A DNA stretch of 64,000 nt from Bilabrum cf. latius. Lineage: Eukaryota. Shown here piece by piece: positions 1 through 11,185 of the stretch; positions within the stretch are counted from its first letter, which is position 1; every line of letters begins with the position of its first letter. Under the pieces are notes generated by a model. The model saw only the letters and a program-made list of their open reading frames with translations. It made no database searches and had not been told where the DNA came from. Location of the stretch: contig OZ237764.1 of NCBI GenBank assembly GCA_965178125.1, positions 310,001 through 374,000 of the forward strand, read 5' to 3'. Position numbers and translations under genes: made by a program.

Positions 1-416
1 AAAGGACGGAGCGTTGATACGTCGGTAGGAGGGGCCTGCAGAGCGCCCCGGGGCCCGCCGCTCGGAGTTCGCTTCATGACAGCCGAATCAGAGGCACCTC
101 CCGTGGCTGATCCAGCACCCGCAGGCCCGCCCGAGCCCGCGCCGCTTGCAGCGGGCCCTGCGATCGTACCGGGAACCATAGCGGATTTGGCATTGAAGGC
201 CCGGAACTCTCTTTCCATCTCGGCATCCTCAAGTTCTGCGTCCGCTGCCATCAGCGTTGCGCTGGGAGCCGCCCCAGCTGCGTGTCTCGCCAAAGAACTG
301 CTGGCCCGTGGCTGATCCATCGCCGCACTTGACGCTGCAGCCGAGGTGCTCACTGCGTCTTGAGCTGGAGCGGCTTCGTCGTCTGATGAGTCATCGACTT
401 CAGCCATCATGGACAT
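1..416 (-). CDS. Hypothetical protein, N-terminal part (runs off the window start)
   Basis: ATG at 416 in AAAAATG context (MSMMAEVDDSSDDEAAPAQ...). The frame is open to position 1. It has the same Ala/Gly/Ser-rich composition as other genes here and is divergent from the gene starting at 811. Confidence 0.6.
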   Translation of the reverse strand, partial: MSMMAEVDDSSDDEAAPAQDAVSTSAAASSAAMDQPRASSSLARHAAGAAPSATLMAADAELEDAEMEREFRAFNAKSAMVPGTIAGPAASGAGSGGPAGAGSATGGASDSAVMKRTPSGGPRGALQAPPTDVSTLRP

Positions 417-810
417 TTTTAAATGGTCACTCCGTCCAGACGCTGCCATCACCTCGTTTGACTTGCGAACGCCCCTTCGGTTGTAAATAAGGTAATAATC
501 AGTAGTATTGTACTAAAAACTGCAAGATTCTGCCTTGGGAGGGCCTGCCAGTGTCCATCAGCCATCCGGATTTCACGAACGGTTCCGTCTGCGAATGCGC
601 GGCGATAATTTGTTACGTGGCATTCCGGACAAACAAGACACGGACCACCCCACCGAAGGAGGGCATCCTTGCGATAGCATAACGCCCGTCGGTCTCTGTC
701 CAAATCCTTAGTAGTTGAACTGAGTGTTGTTTGTGTCTGTCTGTGAGAGGATCGCGTAGCGGTCGTCTTCTATTGCAGCGTGGTAAGCGGTTTTTCCCCC
801 GCAAGGAGTT

Positions 811-2077
811 ATGGCGGGAACCGGACAGCAAGGAAGTGCCTGGGCTGGTGGTGGACTTGGTAGTGCGGGAGGTGGAATAGAATCTGTATTTGGATCAGAC
901 ACGGCGGGCCTCAGCTCACTGCTCGGTGGTGGAAGCTTTGGCGCCGATGCCGGTGGGGATGCGCAAGGCTGGGATAGCGCACCTGGTGGCGCAGCGGGCG
1001 CTACAACAGCCGGCTCGTCGGTTGTAGGTGGTATTGGCGAGTCATCTCACCAATCTAGTGCCGCCACGGCAAATTCTGGCCCGTCTGGAGATCAGAAGTC
1101 GAACGGCGAAAGCACGCCGACAGCTGGCGAAGACGATTTTGAGCCCTTGGCAATGCCCATGGCATGCGAGCCTATAGGAGAGGATGAAATGCTTAGCATG
1201 CACATGCCAACAACGTTCCCGGACGAGATGCCGTGGTTCGATGGGGTGATGACGCGCGATTCGATTGCGCCGTACTTGCGAGCACGACCATCCGACGACG
1301 AGGTGAGAATATGTTTGCACCCTGGCGAGTTTTAGAACGCATGCTCCGTCTCTCTTATGCCATTAAGTTCTTCTGCCGATGACGAAGCAAGTATTGACGA
1401 TCGATTCTGAGCCCCGCAAGGCCGTGAACGATGCAACTACCTCCTACTCATTCCGAGGCCTGTCTCTTTCTTTACGGAGCGGCTTTGAACCGTCCAATGC
1501 AGAGTCATTGTACCTAACTCCCTGATTAATTGCATCCTGCTGCTCTGTGCACCGCAGATTGCCAAGCATTGGAAGACCAAGCCGAAGAAAACGTACGCCC
1601 CCCCGGGGGCCATGGGCAGCGGGGGCGGAGGGGGCTCCTCCTCTAGTAGGTGGGGCAACTCGGCGCTGGGACGGTCCACGTCTGGGGCCTCGGCGTCTTC
1701 GACGGCTGCATAGCACGGCAGTGCTGGCGGCGCTGGATCCGGGTCTACAGTGTCAGAGCAGCCCAAGTGGCAGCAGGCCACTCGAGCCAACAAGCCCAAG
1801 GGAGGCGGGGGCGGATCCTGGAGGGACCAGTCGGGCGCGTCCACCGGCGTATTTGCGCGACGGGACGAAAGCCGCCAGGACAAGGATGACGCCAAGAACG
1901 ACGACACGTTCGGGGGGGACGCGCTGGGCGGCGGGTCTGACGATGCCACCTTCGGGGGCGGGGGCACCCTGGGCGGGTTCGACCTGGGTGACCTCAGCAA
2001 GGCAACCGCGGCGTTCGCTTCCAAGCAGCAGCTGTCCATGCGAGGGGACGGTGATGGGGCGGCGTCGTCGCAGAGCT

Positions 2078-2108
<31 letters not shown>

Positions 2109-4827
2109 CCATACTGATGCCAGTGGGACAGCGGCTCTGCGTGCAGCGCTTCAGATCGGCGGGGCGGCGGGAAGCAGCCCCGACGGCGCAGCCATGCAGA
2201 CGGCTGCGCCCGCACCAGCCCAGGCACCGGCCCCAGCGCCAGTGCAGCCGCAGCCGCAGCCAGAGCTACACCAGAGTCCCGTGTCCCCTGGCATGGAGCC
2301 TTCGTCGGACGAGCCGCAGTGGTTTTACCAGGACAACCAAAAGGTGCAGCAGGGGCCCTTCGCTCCCTCTGACATGCGGCAGTGGCTGGACGCAAATTAC
2401 TTCAAGCCCGACCTGCCAATCCGTCATGCCAGCTCTCCCGAGGGCGTTTTCGTGGCGCTGCAGGACGCATTCCCATCCATGCAGTCGGCCTTCATCGGCC
2501 TGGGCAGCTTTGCGCCTCCCAGGCGGCCGGAGCACGCCACGGAGCAGCAGCGGCAGGCAGCGCACCAGCAGCTGCAGCAGGTGCAGCAGAACGGGCGCGG
2601 GATTCAGGCCCGGCTGGAGCAGCTCGGTGCTGCCGTGCAGCAGGTTAGGGGCATTCACGCTGGGCTGCAGGAGGAGCAGAGGGCCGACACGCAGCTCGTG
2701 CAGACGTACCGGGCCGGCGCCATGCAGCTGCAGCAGGCCACCGAGGAGGCCCGCAGCCAGGGAGACCAGGGAGCGGTGGCTCGCTGCGACCAGGAGATGG
2801 CGAGCCTCAAGTCGCAGGCAGCGGAGCTGGCCCAGCGCCTGCGCAACCGCAAGGCCCAGCTGGACCAGGCGGTCGCCAAGGAGGCCGAGCTCATGCAGGC
2901 CGGCAGGGCGCTGCAGCAGGAGATGGTGCGGGTCACGCAGGACATCCGTGGCCTAAACCTAGTCATCGAGGGACACTCCCCGGACAGGGCCATGGAGATC
3001 CTAAAGAGCCAGTTGCAGGCCGAGCGGGAGGCCCAGTTGCAGCAGCAGCAGCAGCGCCAGCAGGAGGCGGAGCAGGAGCAGACCAGGCAAGCCGCGGAGC
3101 GGGAGGCACAGGCGCGTGCCGAGGCAGAGTCACAGGCAGCGGAGGCCCAAAAGGCGGCTGAGCGCAAGCAGCAGGAGGAGCTCAAGCAAGCCGAGCTGGC
3201 CCGCCAGCAGCTCCGGGAGACCCAGAGGCAGCAGCAGGAGGAAGAGAGGAGGAGGCAGCGGCAGGAGGCCGAGGCTCGCGCGGCGCAGGCCAAGGCCTAG
3301 TCTGAGGCCGCGAAACAGCGTGCACAGGCGGCCAAGCAGGCGGCGGAGGAGCAGGAGCGGATCAAGGCGGCGGCCAGGGCGAAGCGCGAGGCGGCCCAGC
3401 AGCAGCAGCGGGCTGCGGCCAGCAAGGGCCAGCGAGAGGCGGTGCCCAGCATCTTGAGGATGCAGGAGAGGCAGGAGGTCAGGCGCACGCGCCAGGACGC
3501 AGCCGCAGCCGCCGCGTCCCCCAAGCAGATCGCCGCGGCCTAGGGCGCCGGCAAGCAGCAGATCGGGCAGGCGCGGTCGCCCATTAAGGCACCTGTCATC
3601 CCCGCGGTGGGCAGCAGCGCCAGTACGAAGGGGGCTGCATCCGCCAAGAAGTAGAAGGGCAAGAAGCAGCAGCAGCAGCCGACTGGCACGGCTTGGGATT
3701 CGCCGGTGGCGTCCAAGCCGGCAGCCAAGACAGCCAGGGCAGGGGGCGCCAGGCCGCTGTCCATCGAGGAAGCCATGCGGCAGGCGGAGGAAGAGGCCAT
3801 GCAGCAGAAGCAGGACCAGGAGCAGAAGAGAGAGCTGCTGCAGCAGGCGCACGTCACCCAGGCCAAGATCCACCAGGCGGGATGGGGCGGGGCGGCGGCC
3901 AGGCCGGCCCAGGTGCAGGACCTTACGCAGGTCATGGCTCAGCAGTCCAGGGAGTCGTAGCAGCGGAGCAGCACCGTCCAGACGGCCAGGAGGCAGCAGG
4001 CCGCTCCCAGGACCAGCTGGGGCGCCGCAGCTCAGGCGGGCAAGCCCAAGCCGCTGGACCAGATCGCTGCAGAGCAGACCGCGGTGGCCCATCAGCAGCA
4101 GCAGCAGAGGGCGCACCGGCTGGCGGCGCAGGGCGTGCCGGCTTCCCTTGCCGCCGCCCGAAGCTCCGGGACCGGCGGGGGCAGTGCCTGGGCCCAGAAG
4201 AAGCCAACGGGTATGGCTGGGGTCAAGGCGGGGCGGGGCACTGCCACGGTGACCCGGCTTGGCAGGCCGGCACCATCGTCAGCGGGTTCTGCGGCGCCTG
4301 GGCAGCCCAGGGCTGCCGCTGCGCCTGGGGGTGGTGGGCCCGCTGTGGGAGCGTGGGGCAAGGCTGCCGCTGCGGCGGCACGACCCCCGGCCAGCGCCCA
4401 CGCCCTCGGTGCACCCGCCCCTGCCCCTGCTCCCGCGCCGGCCGCTGCCGCCCAGCCCAAGGGGCCGGGCCTGCGTGCCATGCACCGGGGGCCCACCACC
4501 AAGTCTTCTTCCTAGGAGGCCGGCGCGGGCGCTTCGAGCGGGGGATCCAAGGCTCGCGGGGCGGTGGCTGGCCTGGGAGGCGTGTCCGGCAAGTTCCGGG
4601 ACTGGGCTACGGGGCGCATGAAGGAGATCAGCGGGGACGACCAGGGGCTCCTTTTCGAGTTCATCGTCGCGCTGAGCAGCCCCACCGAAGTTAGAGATTA
4701 CTGCGAGGATTGCCTCGGCAGGTCTCACGCCGTAGACGCATTCGTGACGGAGTTCCTGTCTCGACGAGAGTTTGAAGGCGGGAACGCGCAGCCTGCAGGC
4801 AAGCGCGGCCGCCGGAAGGGGCGCTGA
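811..4827 (+). CDS. GIGYF/Smy2-like GYF-domain protein (~1,250 aa), TAG read as Gln
   Basis: GYF-domain motif WFYQDNQKVQQGPF...MRQWLDANYF (~2320-2420), Gln-rich coiled coil, and a GIGYF-type C-terminal helical region FRDW...FIVALSSPTEVRDY...LG...AFVTEFLSRR. All are in one frame across TAGs at 1711, 2077, 3298, 3541, 3652, 3958 and 4513. Phase-0 intron 1303-1557 (GTGAGA...CTAAC...ACCGCAG). Ends TGA 4825-4827. Start codon uncertain. Confidence 0.85.
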
Positions 4828-5014
4828 ATCCATCCCCGCGACGCTCTCTGTTTGAATAGAAATGGTGCAGGCTTTGCTGCATATAGCCAATACAGCATGT
4901 TTCATCTTGCCGTACCCGTTCACTCGTTCCTTGCCACTAGCATTAGGTTATGCGACCGAACTTCCACAAGCACCTCAACGGCAACCGCGCCGCCTCGAAA
5001 TTCAGATTGCAACC

Positions 5015-7702
5015 ATGCCGCGCCCAAGACCCGCAGGCAGCACGCTGCTCCTCTCACCGGCCGGAAACAAGCCATTGCGCCATTGGTACACCAAAGGACG
5101 GGTGCGGAGGGCATTTGATAGCTCCTGCAAGGGCTTCAGCGTTCAATTACAAGCCGGCTCAGGTTCGTCGATTGAATGGCCCCGGCGGGGCGCGGAGAAG
5201 CCGCACGGGATGCTATCTTACAAAGTATTGCCCTACATGATATTTTGTGCTCGGCTAATCCCCGGCTCGCCCTGTTCACTGTGTGTTCACGTGAAGACAG
5301 GCCGCTTCGGAGCGAGGCGTCGCATTGACCTCACCACTGCTCTAAAGCAATCAAGAATGACGTCTACTGTATCGACATAGGTTCCACTGCGATTTCCTGA
5401 CCGTGCCATGGGCTCATGGGTGTATCTCCTGATCAATGTGGACTCCGTGTGCCGTCGCGCATTTGGGGAGCCTCTGCAGGAAATCAGCGGGGTGTTTGCG
5501 AGCGGTGCCGTGTAGCTGCGATGCGTCGCGGTTATCTCAGGGCACCCAGATACCTATCCCCCACCACTGGATGTCGCAGAAGAAATCAAGCAGCGGTACG
5601 CGAGAGGCGGCGGCGGCGCTTCCGCGAGGCAGCGGCGGGCGCTTGCGGGGTCGAGCACCGCCTCAACTCGGCTGAGGGAGGGGAGGGTCGGGGGCCAGTC
5701 ATCCTCCGTGGGCGCATCGACCCTCTTGGATCGAGCGGCCGCCCTGCCGGTGCCAGAGACCTCGGGCCTATCCCGCTTCCTGGTCACGCAGGAGGGAGCC
5801 CTGTCCGCCATCGAGCTGAGTCTTGGCTCCCAGGGGGTGCACTTCCCCCCCGGGGTGGGGTACCTTGTGGCTCTGCTGGAATCGCCAAAGACCGGGATCA
5901 AGCTGCTCCCGACAGCGGCAGAGCTGGCGGCTCGCGAAGAAGAAGGGGGCAGCAGGAGGGGGCGGACAGCTGGCTTGGGTCCAGGTGGTGCACTCGGTGC
6001 GGGGGGCTTTGGCTCCGGGGTAGACTCCGAGCTGGAGAGAGCCGCCCGAGATTCCCGCGCCGGACTCGCAGGGGACGCGCTAGGTGATCCTGCGCTGGAG
6101 CCCGTGGCGGGTGGTGCCGGGGCTGGAGCGTACATTTCTTCCAAGGTACTGGCTGGCCGTGGGGCTGACATGGGGAGTGGCAGCGGCGCGGCATCCGAGG
6201 CTAGAATGGGCGGCTATCCAATGCGCAGCGTGTATAACTAGCACGACGAGGAAGATGAAGAAGAGCTGGAGGATAGGGTCGCCCGCGCCAGGGAACACGA
6301 GATGCTGGGAACCGGGCCAGGTGATGCGGCCAGGATCGAGATCTAGTCGAGGCGAACCCTTCTGCGATCAAGGGGCGGCGAGGTCCCGCAGCAGGAAGAA
6401 GAGGAGGAGGAGGAGGAGGAGGAGGAGACGCCGCGCAGCGTCGGCGCATCAGCGGGCGACGCAGCATCGGTGCACCGTGCTGCCGATCTTCAGCCTCAAC
6501 CGGAGGGCGCAGATGATGCAGCAGACAAAGCAAGCGGTGCTTCGAATCTAGACGCGGATGCGGCCGAGAATCCGTTCGACGTGTCCCGGTCTCCGATCTT
6601 TCACCTGCTGCAGGCAAAGGGAAAGCAGGCGGATCGAGAGGCGAGCAAGTCAGCGAGCCAGGTCACCCCGGGTGCACGCCACCCCGGTGAAACTGGCGAT
6701 GGAGGCAGGGCAGGAATTTCCTCGAGTGCGCATGGGGAGGAAGAGGGCGATGCACCCACCGGACCCGAGAATACCGCTGATGACACCGTGACTCATGCAG
6801 AGGGGCGGGGCGGCGCTCTTCAAGACGGTGAGCTAGCAGCGCGTGTCAGGGCCCAGGACAGCGGCAAGGGTGGCGTGCCTCAATCTGGTGAGGACCAGGA
6901 TGGAGATGACGTCGGCAAGGATGGAGAGCTCAGTGACACTAGAGGTTCTGGTCATGACACGGTGCCCGCTGCGCTTCAAGGTTCTGCTGCTACTGCTGCG
7001 GCTACTGCTGTTAAGGGACAACCGGGGCAGGATACGACAGGGGTGGACTCTCATCCAGCGAGCCATACGGTCCAGCGCGCGCACCCCACAAAGCAAGGTT
7101 CGGATGAATCGCGGTCCAGTTCTGTAGTGCAGGGATCAGGCAGCACTACCACTGGTAGTGGCACTGTGACGGCTTCGGTTGACGACCTACTTCGGCTGCT
7201 CAACGCTGCCAGACAAGGGACGCGGGGTGGAGGCCACGGAGGTGATGATAGTCACGATCGTGGTGGGCCCATTGGTGGGACAGCTGCGAGCGCGGGTGGA
7301 TAGCAGCAGGGCGGTCAATACTAGGCGTACAAAGGAGCACCTTCAGCTGCATCGGCGGGACCACCGCCAGCAGTAGCAGCGTCATATGATGCGTCAGGAT
7401 CAGGATTCCCAGCGCCTTCAAGACGCAGGGCTGGATCATTGTGGAGCCTTCCGCCGGCTGGCACACCACCGTCGGCGCCGCCTGCGGACTACGCCTAGAG
7501 TGGGGTGCCGCAAGGTCTCGCCGGGGTCCTATTGCGGCAGCAGGCACTGCTGGCCAGGCTCGAGTCGCAGACAGCAGCGGGGAAGCAAGCCCAGGTCGAC
7601 ATTGGATTGCCGACGGTCCGGTCCACCAGAATGCCAAATGATGATCTGCTGGGACTCCTTCGAGTGCGAATTGATGGAAGTAGGGTCTTGAGTGTTGATT
7701 GA
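5015..7702 (+). CDS. CFAP20-domain (DUF667)-containing protein with long low-complexity tail (~895 aa)
   Basis: N-terminal ~190 aa resemble the CFAP20 domain (KPLRHW..KGRVRRAFDSSCKGF...LPYMIF...RRRI...VPL...W..L.I...V.RRAFG). One frame continues across TAGs at 5378, 5513, 6239, 6344, 7301, 7322 and 7496 to TGA 7700-7702. Confidence 0.65.
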
Positions 7703-7742
7703 TCACAGATCTAGCTTGTGCTGCAAAGCAGTCAACGGAACC
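7230..7742 (+). repeat. Copy 1 of a ~500-bp direct repeat (3' end of the CFAP20-domain gene plus flank)
   Basis: Near-identical to 10277-10752, e.g. shared GGTCAATACTAGGCGTACAAAGGAGCACCTTCAGCTGCATCGGCGGGACC and GATTGATCACAGATCTAGCTTGTG. Confidence 0.92.
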
Positions 7743-7814
7743 TGCCGCTCTCATCCGGATCAGCTGCGGCGCGATACTTGCACCACTTGCCCTGGCAGGA
7801 TGAAGCCGTAAGCC

Positions 7815-8945
7815 TCAAATACCGTCGTTTTCGTAGCTGTCATCTCCCACGAGTGACATGGCCGCGGTGGTCCCGAATGCTCCCATTGCTCCTCTCTAGG
7901 TGTTCCATACGGCCTCGCCACTCTCCCTTTCGAGCTGTGCCGCGCCGGATGTGGCCACAAATCTGGCCGGCGCTGGATGGAGGATGGACGTCTTGACGAT
8001 CCAGAGGTAGTCCCCTGTCTCGCCATTCACCACGGCCAGATCACCGGTGGCGCTGCACTCCTCCCCCGTCAGTAGCAGCATGCAGTTCTTGCCCAAGTGA
8101 CGGGTATGGCTCGCCCACCAGGCGCCGCTCTGGGACCCATCGTGTTGGTTGTCATACCCGACGAAATTGCAGTCGTCCTGCATCCTGTACTCGAACCTGC
8201 GATCAGGGCTGCGGATGCTGTTTCCTGCTGTAAGTACCTCCCCGAGCTTTAGCTCGCTCCCGGAGGCAAGTGGCCTCTTCTTCACTGCATCTACATCGCA
8301 CTGCCCCTTCGGGGCGTGCTTCTTCCATGCCCGCCGAAGTGCGTTCATCATGTTGCCGTTGCCGTCCGTGTGCTCGCGGCTTGTCGTGGTGAACGTCGCC
8401 CATATGATGTCACCACCCTCCTAGTACAAAATAAGATTCCCATCCCCTTGCAATTCCAGAGAGTCGGCAGGTTTGGCGAGCACAGACCCTGGGACGCGCC
8501 AGATGTATTCCTCCGACTGAGTATCGATTATTGCCAAATCACCCGTCGTACTACAACCGTCACCCGTGATTGTAAGTACGCACCGGCTTCCCCTTCCCAG
8601 GGTATTCGTACTGAATCTAGGTTTGTTGTTGTAGTAAAGGACAAGGTTGCAGTCCTCCTGCATGCGCAGCTCGACTTCGTCATCACCATCACGTTGATGG
8701 AGAGACTACCTTGTCTGCAGGTACCACCCTCTCCACATCTTGTTACCAGATGCGAGATGATAGTACATTTTGGGCTGTTTACACTTGAGCTTATGCAGAT
8801 CCTCGTGTATGAACTCGCCACTCGATTCCTGCCATGCTCTGGCCGCGGAAGCAATACGCGCTCGATTCCGTCGCAGAGCGCTCCGAGCCAATGCTGTATG
8901 CAGACAGGAGTACAATGCCAGTACCGCCAGGATAAATCGCATCAT
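7815..8945 (-). CDS. Secreted tandem bulb-type (GNA-related, B-type) mannose-binding lectin (~376 aa)
   Basis: Signal peptide MMRFILAVLALYSCLHTALA. QxDxNxVxY-type motifs MQEDCNLVLY, LQGDGNLILY and MQDDCNFVGY in two homologous domains. Three ORF-track fragments join in frame across TAGs at 8706, 8421 and 7896. Ends TGA at 7815. Confidence 0.85.
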
Positions 8946-9495
8946 TGTTTTCGAAATCCCCGGAGGCAACAGGTGGCTGCGTGAAGCCAGCGCATTGGGC
9001 ATCTGATGATGAATCGCACTCGTCATGCGTCCCCCCCGGGCCGTGGCGCCGCAGCGGAACTTTGGGTTGTGGCGGAGAGCGCACTTGCCTGAGCCAAACT
9101 TTCGGCTCGGGCAAAAGGCCACATTGCCCAAGCCGAACCATTTTATATCTAAACTGGGTTTGCGACCAACAGGCTGCCGATGGATTTGGCAGCTTCTCTT
9201 TCTTCTCTGCGCACGGCACCAGACGAAAGAGGCACGGGAATCGCAAAACACATGTATCGATCCGTGGAATGATTCAACCGCCTCAGATGCAATCGAAGAA
9301 GCTGGCTGCGGGTCACGGTGGAGAGATGCCAGTGGGGAAAGCAACACCGGCAGCGCGGGAGCCGCACATTGGCAACTTGAAGAGGATCCGCCGGCGCACA
9401 ACCACGGCCCGCTTCAAGGGGATTTTCCATCACAAAATCGGACTGCAGCCAGTCAACACCGAGCAGGGCACGCCTTCCTGAAAGAAGGCGGCAGT

Positions 9496-9512
9496 GGGGG
9501 GGGGGGGGGGGG
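9496..9512 (+). repeat. Poly-G tract (G17)
   Basis: Directly visible homopolymer. Confidence 0.9.
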
Positions 9513-9803
9513 CGCAGCGCAGCCGCACTCGAGGGCGGATTTGGTGCTGCAGCGACGCGAGGGATATTCCAGACGTGGATCCGCTGGTGAGAGCCTTGCC
9601 GTATCTCTTGCGGATCTCGGTGCATCGCACAATGGGACGACCGGACGGCGCTAGCGATGGGACTCTCTCGCTGACATCATTATTGAAGGCCTGGGAGAGG
9701 CGCAGGCGAGGGCCAGGGAACAAGAGTAAGAATAAGATGTGCAGGGCAAGGAAGGCGAGCGGTTAGGGCGGGCAGGGGGTAGCGCCACCTTCCCACGGGG
9801 CAC

Positions 9804-9991
9804 GATGCATCTCACCCCACCGAGGACTGTGGGGACTGGCAGCATCGTGGGATGCATCGCACCCCACCGAGGACTGTGGGGACTGGCAGCATCGTGGGAT
9901 GCATCGCACCCCATAGAGGACTGTGGGGACTGGCAGCATCGTGGGATACATCGCACCCCACAGAGGACTGTGGGAACTGGCAGCATCGTGG
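9804..9991. repeat. Minisatellite, 4 x 47 bp
   Basis: Unit GATGCATCGCACCCCACCGAGGACTGTGGGGACTGGCAGCATCGTGG repeated head-to-tail at 9804, 9851, 9898 and 9945, with 0-3 substitutions per unit and no spacers. Confidence 0.95.
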
Positions 9992-10164
9992 TGGCCCCGT
10001 AACAAGTGTTGGGCGCACATCTACACATGGGCAGCATCAGTCCGGGAAACGATCATCGTCGAAGCGCGTGATGGTGACAGAGCGGTGGGCTAGGTTCGGT
10101 ACAGCAGAAGCGAAGGTTCCTCCGGAGCACGAGGGGTTCGTCAGGGTGGCACTCAAGGGGGCTA

Positions 10165-10195
10165 GGGGGGGGGGGGGGGGGGGCGGGGGCGGGGC
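10165..10195 (+). repeat. Poly-G / G-rich tract (G19 followed by CGGGGGCGGGGC)
   Basis: Directly visible. Confidence 0.9.
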
Positions 10196-10276
10196 GAGAC
10201 AGTGGCTGGCTGAGGTCTCACACAGCACCTACCAGGGGGGCATTTCGGATGTCCTCCTGGTATGTGGTGTGTGAGA

Positions 10277-10752
10277 GAGGCCACGGTGGTAACACCCGGA
10301 GGTGACGATGGTCACGATTGTGGTGGGCCCATCGGTGGGACAGCTGCGATCGCGGGTGGATAGCAGTAGAGCGGTCAATACTAGGCGTACAAAGGAGCAC
10401 CTTCAGCTGCATCGGCGGGACCACCGCCAGCAGTAGCAGTGTCACATGATGCGTCAGGATCAGGATTCCCGGCGCCTTCAAGACGCAGGGCTGGATCATT
10501 ATGGAGCCTTCCGCCGGCTGGTGTGCCGGGGTCCTATTGCGGCAGCAGGCACTGCTGGCCAGGCTCGAGTCGCAGACAGCAGCGGGGAAGCAAGCCCAGG
10601 ACGACACTGGATTGCCGACGGTCCGGTCCACCAGAATTCCAAATGATGATCTGCTGGGGCTCCTTCGAGTGCGAATTGATGGAAGTAGGGTCTTGAGTGT
10701 TGATTGATCACAGATCTAGCTTGTGTTTCAGCTGCTCGGCAGTCAACGGAAC
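10277..10752 (+). pseudogene. Copy 2 of the direct repeat: diverged fragment of the CFAP20-domain gene 3' end
   Basis: Matches 7230-7742 with scattered substitutions, a small insertion near the start and an internal deletion of roughly 55-60 bp near 10521. No upstream part of the gene is present. Confidence 0.75.
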
Positions 10753-11185
10753 CACCAATCGCCGCGCGGGCGCAGCGCTTGACAGTTCGACCACACAAAT
10801 ACAATTTCGGCTGGCTAGCATCTGTGCCATCGTGCTAGATTCAAGTGCAGCGGAGGATTAGTTCATTAACCATTAAACTTTGCTGACTGGGATTACGTTA
10901 CTCTCGTGAGTCTTGAATAGAATGCTTGCAGCGGCGGCCTGGAGAAGACGAGAAGAGGGCCTGCGACGCTGAGCAAGCTATGTACCTTTCAGTTGTCCTA
11001 TCTGGCGTCGATATGGTAGAACATTATTGTTTAGGTATTACTTTCTAGCCTCGTGCACCATATATACGCCTCCATTTTACCAAGGGCTTGTCCCGCAGGG
11101 GTTGCCGGATCGTCGGCTCCATCAAGCCAGCAAGTAACGTACATACAGTTGTCCAGTACTAATTTTAAGGTGATTCGTATCGATT

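Noticed and set aside
449-902. Short minus-strand ORFs between the first two divergent genes
   Set aside because: No motifs, and partial overlap with the GYF gene start. Probably promoter or UTR sequence.
9025-9729. ORF extending through TAG 9652 to TAA 9727
   Set aside because: No recognisable domain, it crosses a G17 homopolymer, and competing frames are equally open. Cannot be supported as a gene.
9804-9991. CRISPR array
   Set aside because: Units are contiguous with no unique spacers, there are no cas genes, and the context is eukaryotic.
7230-10752. LTR retrotransposon with the ~500-bp repeats as LTRs
   Set aside because: The repeat is the coding 3' end of a host gene. I recognised no TG...CA termini, target-site duplication, or gag/RT/integrase motifs.
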